Assembly (NCBI GenBank): GCA_023213395.1 | Contig: CM041465.1 | Location: 127,603,741-127,667,740, forward strand | Direction: 5' to 3' | Origin: Cycas panzhihuaensis | Taxonomy: Eukaryota > Plantae > Cycadophyta | Length of the DNA: 64,000 nucleotides | Shown: positions 1 to 10,658 of the stretch, one piece after another | Layout of the letters: each line of letters starts with the position of its first letter | How positions within the stretch are numbered: the stretch's first letter is position 1 | Notes under the pieces: generated by a model | What the model was told of the DNA's origin: nothing | Database searches by the model: none | What the model saw: the letters and a program-made list of their open reading frames with translations, nothing else | Program-made: the position numbers and the translations under genes

Positions 1-334
1 CTTTCATGTGCATTATGTGTAATTTCATTTCACCTAACTCAAATGCTCCCTCTCTCAATATAAAAGTAAAGCTCAATGGAGGAGATTCATTCTTACCTCC
101 CCATTTTGTGAGAGCTACTTTCTTTCTCTCAAGTCTCTCTTGCTCCCATGTTTGCCTTTGTGTTTAGTGCATGGAGATGAAGGATAGGTCCACTCTTTTC
201 AACTACTTCATGAGAAAGGTAAGGGGCTAAGGAATACCTTGAATTGGTTTAATTATTAGCCATTTAAGAGTTGGCTTATGTGAGCCCTTTTAGCTTGGAA
301 AAAGGTATTTCCAATCGAGTTCATCTAAAGATTA

Positions 335-420
335 TTGAGATAGGGTTGATTTGGGTCCCTTATACTCTAGATAGTGTTATTATGTAGAGCTTATTTGAGA
401 TAGGGTTGAGTTGGGTCCCC
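335..420. repeat. Two copies of a 26-bp motif at 60-bp spacing inside degenerate, probably LTR-derived DNA
   Basis: ttgagatagggttgatttgggtccct (335-360) and ttgagatagggttgagttgggtcccc (395-420); surrounding 1-1347 ends in gggttgtgaca, a typical Gypsy LTR 3' end, but no partner LTR is visible. Confidence 0.5.
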
Positions 421-2986
421 TATGCTCAAATTATTCATGGACTCAATACTTGAAGGAGGACTTTAAGTGAGTCAATCCTCATTCCTATAAGGATTGAGTA
501 AATCCCCTTTACATCATTCTTGGTGAATACTACTAAAAACTTGGTTAGTTAATGGGATATGCATGTAGGTATGGTCTATTATTTTTATCTCCTTGGACTA
601 CTTTATGGGTGTTGAATTTATAATTTAAGATGGGGTTAAACTAAGTCCCTTGTATACTAATTATTATTATACATGGGGTTAAGTAGAGTCCTCTCTCATT
701 TATGATAAGTGGCATGGTGTGAGACATAATGATTACATAGTGAGGTAATCCACTAAGATTTCTTCAATAGTGAGAAACATGTGGTGTGGCATTCTATGAT
801 TTGGGTTTAAAAGGTGAAAAGAGTATGAAAATTATAAGAAATTATAAAAGGGATTGTAAAGTTTATAGTAGTAGATGATTTAAGAACTATAACCCAAGGA
901 AGACTTCTTTAAAGGGTTAGTCAGGGTTTGAGTGAAGAGTGAGTTACTAGCACTCCAATGTTCATATCAAGTGCTCTAACTAGGGGGCAATTTCCCTCTT
1001 CAAGATTGTGATTAGTTGAGTAGTGAATCCCTTTGTAGTTGGTTCTTCTCCTTGATATATATCTTTTAAATTGTCCTATTTAAATAATGCAAACCTATGT
1101 TCTCTTATATTGTATTGGTTATATTATGGTAGACAAATAAAATATATTATAAATGCATAAGCACCCCTATTCAGTTGAGCTTATCACATCTACTAGGTGC
1201 ATATTTCTACTATAATTATAACATTTGACCTAAACTTTTTCAAATTTAAGCTTTTAGACAACTTGGTGCTTATCTTCTTGAGTAATTGAGTCAAGTTATT
1301 AATAAGACATTTGTCATGAGTATTTTGAGCTTAGAAGGGTTGTGACATAGATCTAGTGTTAGTTTAAGGACCTGCTAATATGCTCATGCTTGTTTAAAGT
1401 TGTGACAATTTTGGGGCAATTTGCATTAAATTAATAGAGAGAACTTTATTTTTTTTATGGATCTTTATTATGCATGTGGCCCCTATTTTAAATATATCAA
1501 TGACTATGTTTATCCATATAAATTAATGAACAAAAGTTTATTACTTTGAGTCCTCAATGAAGGTATTATCACCATGCATTGGTGGATCAAGTAGCAATAG
1601 GCATGGATGGTTGTATCGTCATATTATACAAAGAATGAAGGTTTTTTTTGCTTATTATAAAGGTAGTTATGAGTGTCCTAGTGGGGATTTATTGTCATTG
1701 TGAGTAATATATATTTTTAATGAATTAGATAATATACTCACCATTAAATTTGAATGAAAATCTCTTATAAAGTAATTTGTTAAAAATACTATTTAAATAA
1801 ATGAAGAGATATCATGATATTATAATCTAGTATATATGAAGAGGGTGGTAATTAATTGAATGGTAACTTTGTTAATCATTTTATGGCAACAATTGAGGCT
1901 TAAAATCATTATAGTAGATTAATATAAAAATTAGGTTATTTTTACATGCTTTGATCTTATTTTCTACCATTTTTTATTTTATATAAGGGTATAATATTAA
2001 GTGATTATTATATAAATGAGAAATCTATATTTTACAAGAAGTTTTTTTGAAGAACAATGATTGTTAGGCATTGGGGGTCCTCCATGTCCATGGGCATTTT
2101 TTGGGTAATTTAAACATTATTTTAGCATTTGTTAGCTTTTATGGAGGGTGTTACAAAGTGTAGATGGTAGATTTACACTCAAATCTACCATCTCTATTAA
2201 AAATTTATTTAAACAAAAGGGTTTTTATGGCCATTAAACTATTCTCCTTCTCATGGGGATATAAGATAAAACTTCATATACTTTCATTCATTCTTGATTG
2301 TTTTTGTTAATATAAACTTACAAATAGGTTTATCTTTGTTAGGTAACCATGTGGGCAAACTTTCATTAAAATCTATGATTGTTTGATGGAGAAATTTATG
2401 ATTAAAGAGCCTTTGATTGTGTTTAAGCCAAAATCTCAACGATTAATTATTTTTTGATGAAATTATTTGACCTAATATTATAAAGTTTAATTGAGATATT
2501 AAATTACTCTAGAATGTTATTTCAAATCTATCAAAGTTAATAAAATTAAAATCCATGGTCTTATGATGAAGTTTGATGGGAGTTAAGCCCCTAACAAAAT
2601 GGGTTAATTCATATTTTTTGAGAAATTTATAATTTTTTATAAGTTGTAGTATTTCTATCATAATTTTTTTAACATAGATTGAAATTCACTTTTGACTTTG
2701 CCATTAGAAATTGGACTCAGGCACAAATGAAATTAGTAGTTATATAAGTAATTTTAAAGAATATTTGATATATTTATTACAAATCAAATTTGATAAAAAT
2801 AGATATATGGTACATAAACTTCTAGGAATTCAAAGTTAGTAATTTGGAGTCTAATTTTATAAAAGACTTTTTTTTTTTAATCTGTACATTTTGTTGAGCT
2901 CTATATTTGTACAATAATAATTTTTTAAAATTCATAGTTTTGGCTCATGAGAACCTATTTTATTGAAAAAAGTATAAAAAATATTT

Positions 2987-3035
2987 TGTGTGTATGTGTG
3001 TATGTGTGTGTATGAGAGAGAGAGAGAGAGAGAGA
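2987..3035. repeat. Compound (GT)n/(GA)n microsatellite
   Basis: tgtgtgtatgtgtg... followed by gagagagag... Confidence 0.9.
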
Positions 3036-3154
3036 TTAAAAGATTAAATTCTAGATAATATGATGTTATTGATTTAAGAATTTAGAATTTAATATTGATA
3101 TCATATTGAAATATACTCATTATATATATTAGAAGTATATCAAAGATGTATAAT

Positions 3155-3600
3155 TGTTAGAAGTATTAATGTCACTTTTATGTTATTCTTAAGTTATTAT
3201 TTAAGTCACATGTGTAATTTATGATTTAAGTGATTCTAAAGTTAAATGTTTAGAGTTTTATTTAATTATTATATGGAAGGTCATTGAAATGTGTAACTAC
3301 CTATTTCAACGAACCTTTCTTGGTATTAATTATTCTTCTAGATTCAAGAATATGGTTCCTGGAATCTAGGAGGCTGTCTAGAAGCCTATCTCAAGGCTGG
3401 TTTTATCTTTCATAGGTAGTTTTATTTATGGTTGATGTATAGTATTTCTTCTTAATAAAATTCTAGATTTATGAGGTGGTTTTTCTTCCCCAGAAGGGGT
3501 TTTCCACCTATCAACCTTGTGTACATGTGCATTGTCTCTTTCTCTTATATCTTTTCTGTTCCTGTGATGTTATGACTTTGTACATGTGCCTATTCTATTA
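3155..3600 (+). repeat. Copia-1 5' LTR
   Basis: Direct repeat of 10224-10658; begins TG, followed by PBS. Confidence 0.95.
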
Positions 3601-3612
3601 TGGTATTAGAGC
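3601..3612 (+). promoter_or_regulatory. Primer-binding site (tRNA-iMet) of Copia-1
   Basis: tggtattagagc, 11/12 match to canonical tggtatcagagc, abutting the LTR. Confidence 0.92.
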
Positions 3613-3901
3613 TTTAAGAACAAAAATGTCCAAAACATTCCATGAAGCAGCCAGTATTCTAAGGAATGATAGCCGGCTAATGGGAAGGCTGTTTAGAATT
3701 GCATGAATTATCATCATCATCTTTTTATAGTATAGGCTATTCTTCCCTTACTTTTAAAATGGACAAATTTGTTCCGTTGGCTTCCTGACCATCCCCTTCC
3801 ACTTTGCTGGAACCTTGGTTAAGTTGAACCCATCCTTTTGAACTTTTGGATGTGGAATTCTAGATACCTTTTCCTCAAGCAGAAGTTGTTTACTTTCTCT
3901 A

Positions 3902-3994
3902 TGGAAACATGCCAAAGAATCTCTCACCGTTAGAAGGCACCTTATCGCCTGCTTCTGCTTTGAATACACCACCTTCTTCCCATCTCTTATGCAC
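3902..3994 (-). pseudogene. Captured fragment of a cytosolic leucyl-tRNA synthetase gene (N-terminal region just before the HIGH motif)
   Basis: Minus strand reads VHKRWEEGGVFKAEAGDKVPSNGERFFGMFP, ungapped against the eukaryotic cytosolic LeuRS pattern VxKxWExxxVFxAExxxxxPxxGEKFFxxFP(YPYMNG) recalled from memory. Confidence 0.8.
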
Positions 3995-4347
3995 CATATT
4001 TGAAGAAGCCAGACCATTCCAAATACACAATTATTTTTAGAGGTGAGAACATTAATAGTGCAAGAGTGGAATCTGTTCCTATTCCAAGATTATTGAAGCT
4101 GCTATTGCTTCTCGGTAACATCTTCTGTGAAGAGAAACCTCTGTGCTTTTGTTAACATAGAGAAAAATAATGGTAGTCTGCACGATAATGTGACTTTAGA
4201 GGCTGAGGTTATCTCAAAGCCCTTTTGGTCAGCACAAATAGCACTATCCACCCAAAGAAGAATTAGCCAAAGGACTAGGCCCTCCATCTCGAGATCTGCC
4301 TGTGGCGATAAGAAGCCAAACCCTAGCCCATATGTGACTATGTAGAT

Positions 4348-4447
4348 CTGCACCAAATTCCACCATTCGAGAGAAAAATCCTCCACCTGGGATGAAGAGT
4401 AGAGCGTTAGGATTTAAAGTGGATCCTGCGTATGATGTAATGGCCAT
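4348..4447 (-). pseudogene. ERD15: Captured 5' fragment of an ERD15-family (PAM2-motif) gene, frameshifted by a short internal deletion
   Basis: gccATGG start, MAITSYAGSTLNPNALLFIP, then frame change to QVEDFSLEWWNLVQ; matches the ERD15 signature STLNPNAPLFIPxxxRQVEDFSPEWWxLV. Confidence 0.88.
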
Positions 4448-5083
4448 GGCGATCTTCAAACAAATCCTAGGTCAACTCATCTCCAACCTAAGCTTCTAGG
4501 CTGAGTCTTCGGATGGCCTAAATTCTCCTACTCATGCTTGCTTGTGTTTGGTTGACGCCATCAACCAAATCTTCATGCCTGCAAGCCCTCGCCACTGCCT
4601 CAATTCAACAAAACCAGGTAGGGTCTCGATTAACCTACCCCCCCCCTTAGACCTCAATTCAATTCAAATTCGATTCTCTTTAGTATAATGTAATTCCCCA
4701 TCGGGTCTGTGAACTCCAATTTTTTCATTTCCTTTTTTTTTAAATTTCATTTTTTTTAATATATAATCTTATATATATATAAACGTTTAATTAAACCTAA
4801 GTTTTTTTTTTATTAAATATTAATAAATAAACCCTTTTTTTACCTTAATAAACTCTCATTTACAAATTAAAATCAATATCTCCCCTTCTTCAATTAACCT
4901 TTAGTACTTAAAATCAACATTGCCTTATTATATGACATTTAATTAATCATTACAAAAGCTTTCCCCCTTTATATATTATCACATTTAATTATAAAATCAA
5001 AATAAACTATTTCCCCTGCCTAATATCTTACTTTATATTCTATTTATATGTCATATATAAGGTATGTATCACCGTTAAAACAT

Positions 5084-5233
<150 letters not shown>

Positions 5234-5253
5234 TATTAATAAAGCCTAGATCA

Positions 5254-5297
5254 ATACCTTTCTCGGCCTTTTTTGGCTAAGATCAAGTGTATCATCT
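5254..5297 (+). pseudogene. U2: 3'-truncated U2 snRNA fragment (first ~42 nt)
   Basis: atacctttctcggccttttttggctaagatcaagtgtatcatct versus plant U2 5' end ATACCTTTCTCGGCCTTTTGGCTAAGATCAAGTGTAGTATCT; starts at U2 nt 1, similarity stops just after the branch-point-pairing region. Confidence 0.9.
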
Positions 5298-5963
5298 ACT
5301 CTATAATGGTGTTACGCAGATTACATTTGTAGTTTTGTCAAAAAAAAAATAAAAAAATTCTATACCTAGTATAAATACCACTAGAATTTTCATAAGTCTA
5401 ACAATTTTAACTTGGGAAAACTACATGTGTTACATAAATATGTTTTAATGTCTTCTAGCTTTTAGTAGATGTTATTCTCACATCTTTTACAAGATTTCTT
5501 CAAGGTACCACAAACATGCTACCAATTTCATCATGTGGTTGGTAAATATTATTGAGGTACATTTTATTTAGCTAATTTAATTCTCATTTTTAAAGGCATT
5601 AAAATAAATAAATACTCGTTAAGTTCTTTTTGAATTACTATATTCTTTGCCTTATTTGCTAACCAACAATAGTAAAACATAGGAATTTGAACACTTATTT
5701 TTAAGGGGAAGTATTTATTTTTTAATTAAGGAGAACTATTTCTTTAAGAGGGACTATTTTTTTCTAAGAGGAATTATCTATTTAGGAACATGTGTTTTTT
5801 AATTAAGGGAAAAGCCAGTAATACATGCTGTAATGCTTTCTTTTTCATCTTTTAATCATTCCTGTTAAAATGTTAATTTGATGATTAGTAATCTTACTAA
5901 GTGATTATTTTTCTACCTACCCTTAAATCCTTCAATTTTCAATCAAACTTGATAATTCCCAAT

Positions 5964-8900
5964 ATGGTGTTAATGCCAAGAACCACCACCTGCATTCCAA
6001 TTCTGGTATTAACTGGCTCAAACTATGCCGACTGGAGGAATCACATATCCCATCAACTTAAACAATAAAAGATATGGTGATATGTGACAGGTGAATTTAA
6101 AAAACCAAAAGATGAAACTACAAAGAGTTATATGGTATATCTAATAAACTCAGATTCAGCCTTAAGCACCATATTAAACTCACTTTCACCAGAAATCAAT
6201 CGACAGTTTTTTGAAACAGATGACCTAGCCACTGTCTGGAGAACTCTGCAAGAAAAATATGATAAGGTCGATACAAATCAACTAGCTATCTTAGAACAAT
6301 AACTGTATGATCTTACTTATGATGATTTTACCAATGTTGGGGATTTTTTATGTAAAATTCAATTAATTAATAAAGACCTAAGTAATTGTATTAAATCTAA
6401 AACTAAAGAAGGTGATATTGAAAAAATAATCACGCATGCTAAAGAACACGATACATTCATCCATCTTGCAATAAACAAATTGCTAAAATATTTTAATTTT
6501 TTTAAAACTACTAGACAATAAGCTAACAATCCTCCGATCACATTCAATTAGTTAACAAACCAACTAGTTGAACATCAAACAATGTTGATTTAAATAGGTA
6601 TATTAAAAGATCATTCATAGGCTTTGTTTTCCAAAACTAAGCCATAAAATAAAAATAAACAATAAAATAATTCTAATCCAAAATTTCAGAAACCTCCTAG
6701 AGGTTCTCAATTTAATTTTTAAAATAATACTAAGCATTCTGGTCCATCTAAATATCAGAATATTTCTAATTAGTCATTTCCTAATCAGAACAATATAAAT
6801 CCTTCTTAGAACACTAGTTGTGCCTATTATCATAAAAGAGGTCGCACTATTAATGTCTGTAGAAGTAGAATCACTTCGGAGATATGGAAAGCTTCTAAGG
6901 GATTACAAAATTGACCTTAATCCTGACCATAATCCCAATCTCAAAACTGATAAACTCTTAATCGTTCTTTAATGGCAACAATCTCTGTATTTGTTGCCCT
7001 AACTAATCAACCACCACAATGGATCCTTGACTCTGGTGCATCCCACCACATGACTGGACACCAAAAAAATTTACCCACTTATCAATCTAAAACTAACTCT
7101 AAAGAAGAGATTTCTTTTGGATGTGGAACTCAACTTAGGATTAGGTGATGTTATCTTAAAAGACAGTTCGATAACACACATCTTCTATGTACCAGATTTG
7201 TTACAAAACCTACTTTTTGTTTATTAAATCTACGAGAAAGACCTTATCGTCAAATTCTGGAAAGATAAATTTATCATTAAAGATCCATTAAACAAATTTA
7301 AATGTATTGCCTTAGGACCTTTTAATCATAACACATGTCTCTATAGTTTAACAAGTCTACAAAATAACAAAACAAAACCCTTTAGTATTTTTATTGCCAA
7401 ATTTGACTCAGTTAGAAAACTTTGGCATGTACGATTTAGCCATACAAGTTATGGCAAACTTCAATATCTAAAAAACATGAAATGGTTCATGGTCTTCCAT
7501 CCTTAAACATTGTTTATGGTGTTTGCGAAGCCTGTGTAACAGGTAAGCAACACATGGACCTATTTCCACATAAAACACAATTCAGAGTGATAGTTCCACT
7601 TGAACTTATTCATTCTGACATATGTGGACCTTTTCATGTAACATCATACTCTAGCTCTTATTATTTTGTTACATTTATTGATGATTATTCAAGAAAATAC
7701 TGGGTTTACATGCTCAAAGCACGCTGTCAAGTGTTTGATATTTTTGTTGAATTCAAAATACTAGTTGAAAACCAATCAAACTCAAGAATCAAAATTTTTT
7801 GATCTGATAATGCAAAGGAATATTTAAGTGGCAAAATCATTTCTTTCTTTAGAATTCACAGAATTCAGTTCCAACATTCCATTGCATACACTCCTCATTA
7901 AAATGGTGTTGCTGAACGCAAGAACCGTACTCTTATTAAGATGACTCATTACATGTTACATGCAAAGAATCTTAACCTAAAGTGATGGGCAAAAGTAATT
8001 GATTGCTCCAACTATCTTCTAAATAGTTTACTTAGCAAATGCTTACAAAACGTTACTTTAGAGCAAAAATGGTCTAGAAGAAAACCATCTATCAATCATT
8101 TACGAATCTTTAGAAGTATTACGTGGGGATACATCCATAAAGAAAAACGCAAGAAACTAGATCTTAAAAGTCAAAAATACATCTTCATTGGATATAACAA
8201 AGAAAGTAAAGCTTATAGACTCTTGGATCTAGTTACGCATTAAATTTTAATTTTGCATGACGGAATATTTGATGAAGAAGGATCTTCTTCAACATCTACT
8301 TATGTAGAACTTCCTGTTGAAAATTTGTTAACCAACACTTATTTGGTTGACCCTTCTGACAAATAAGCTGATCCAGAAATTATAGAATTTTTATCTACTC
8401 AAGTCCATAATTGGACTCTATCTGAATCTACTGAAATAGATTCTTCCTCCTAAGCTAGTTCTACAAATCAACTTGTAACTTCAGAAATAATTACTAACAA
8501 ACATCCTATTTGGGTAACGAAAATGCTTGCTAATGATGGATCTGATGTAGGTAATCCTTAAGGTACTAGACGAAATCGTGCCTAAAAATTATATGCTAAC
8601 TTTACCTTAATGGTAAAAATAATGGATAATAATGATCCCATAATATTTAAATAAGCTAGCAATAATCCTGTATGGCAGGAAGCTATGTAAACTAAATTCG
8701 ATGCTTTAACTAAGAATCCAACTTAGGATCTCATACCACTCCCACCTGGGAAAAATGTAGTCGACTATAAATGGGTTTATAGAACAAAATATAACTCAAT
8801 AGGCGTAGTTAAAAAATATAAAGCTCACTTAGTTGCGAAAGAATTTTCTCAAATTGATGGAATTGACTATAACAAAACCTTTGCCCCTGTTGCAAAGATG

Positions 8901-10177
8901 AACATGATTAAAATAATTATTGCTCTCACAGCCAAATTTGGTTGGGAAATCCACCAAATGGTTGTCAAGAGTGCTTTTTTGAATGGTGATCTCAAAGAAG
9001 AGATCTACATGTCCTAGCCACCTGGCTTCATTGGTAATCCTAATTTAGTTTGTAAATTAAAGAAATCAATTTATGGATTAAAACAAGCTCATCGAGCTTG
9101 GTATACTAAAGTTGACGATTATTTAATTCAAATTGGATACACTAGATGTACTAGTGATCCAAATCTATATTTCAAATATAAAAATAAAAATATTACTATT
9201 TTAATCTTGTATGTTGATGATATTATAATTACTGAATCATCAACTAATAACATTCATAGTTTAAACTCTACTTTAATGAATAAATTTGAAATGACTGATC
9301 TAGGTATCCTAGATTATTTTCTTGGATTACAAATCTATCAATATGATTCAAGAATCACAATATCACAACCTAAAAATATTTTATTCTTAATTCAATTGTT
9401 TAACATGGAAAATGCTAAATTCGTATCTAATCCGTTACAATCAGAAGTTAAATTATCTACTAATTGTTCATCACCTTTATATGACCCTACATTATATAGA
9501 TAACTAATTGGTAGTCTTATTTATTTAACTCATACCCATCCTGATATTTCCTATGCTATCACTTTATGTTTACGTTATATGCAACAACCATATGAATCTC
9601 ATTGGAAAGATGCTAAATGTATCTTACGATATCTTAAGTATACTATTTTTTATAGTCTAACTTATAATTTTTGTAGTAAACCTCTAACTTTAACTGGATA
9701 TACTGATTCAAATTAGGCAGGCGATATAAATGATCGAAAATCTACATCAGGTTATGTATTTTTTATAGATTCTTCACCTATTACTTGGTCTAGTAAGAAA
9801 ATATAGGCACTAGTTTTATCAATGACTAAAGCTGAATATCGTACACCTGTTGAAGCTAGTAAAGAAGTACTTTAGCTCAAATCTCTACTAAATAAAATTG
9901 GTCTATCTCTAACTCTTCCATTGAACTTAAAGTTGATAATCAAGGTGCCATTGGTATTGCTACAAATCCAGTTTCACATTCTAGGAATAAACATATAGAA
10001 TTACATCAGTATTTTATTCCTAATCTTATTACTGATAACATTGTTTCCTTGTCTTATTGTCCAACAGATCTATAGGTTGCTGACATACTTATAAAGTCTT
10101 TAACTGAAGTAAAGTTTCTAAATCTATGAGATCTGTTAAAGATAAAAGAAGTCTCCATCAAAAGAAGATCAACGTGA
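5964..10177 (+). pseudogene. Copia-1 gag-pol polyprotein, multiple stops and frameshifts
   Basis: LTGSNYADW (gag), CAYYHKRGR..NVC (degenerate knuckle), WILDSGASHHMT (protease), CEACVTGKQH / LELIHSDICGP / FIDDYSR (integrase), LYVDDII (RT), LTGYTDS..AG and HSRNKHIE (RNase H). Confidence 0.95.
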
Positions 10178-10223
10178 TGAAGACCTTATTTTTCTCTAGC
10201 ATAAATGTTAACATTAAAGGGGA

Positions 10224-10658
10224 TGTTAGAAGTATTAATATTACTTTTATGTTATTATTTAAGTCACATGTATAATTTATAATTTAAGTGATTCAAAAGT
10301 TAAATGTTTAGAGTTTTATTTAATTATTATGTGGAAGGTCGTTGAAATGCACAACTGTCCATTTCAGCGAATGTTTCTTAGTATTAATTCTTCTCCTAGA
10401 TTCAAGGAGATGGTTCTCGGAATCTAGGAGGTTGTCTAAAAGCCTATCTCAAGGTTGGTTTTGTCTTTCATAGGTAGTTTTGCTTATGGTTGATGTATAG
10501 TATTTCTTCTTAATAAAATTATAGATTTAGGAGGTGGTTTTTCTTCCCTAGAAGGAGTTTTCCACCTGTCAACCCTATGTACATGTGCATTATCTTTTTC
10601 TCTTATATCTTTTCTGTTCCGATGATGTTATGACTTTGTACATGTGCCTATTCTATCA
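10224..10658 (+). repeat. Copia-1 3' LTR
   Basis: TG...CA, preceded by PPT, followed by TSD ATAAT. Confidence 0.95.

Noticed and set aside
3754-4386. A single ~210-codon antisense ORF (4102-4386 and 3754-4017 are in one frame)
   Set aside because: The recognisable homologies lie in different frames and come from unrelated genes; a mosaic explains it better than one gene
5254-5297. Functional U2 snRNA gene
   Set aside because: Only ~42 of ~195 nt, no Sm site, no USE/TATA promoter seen, altered branch-point-pairing sequence
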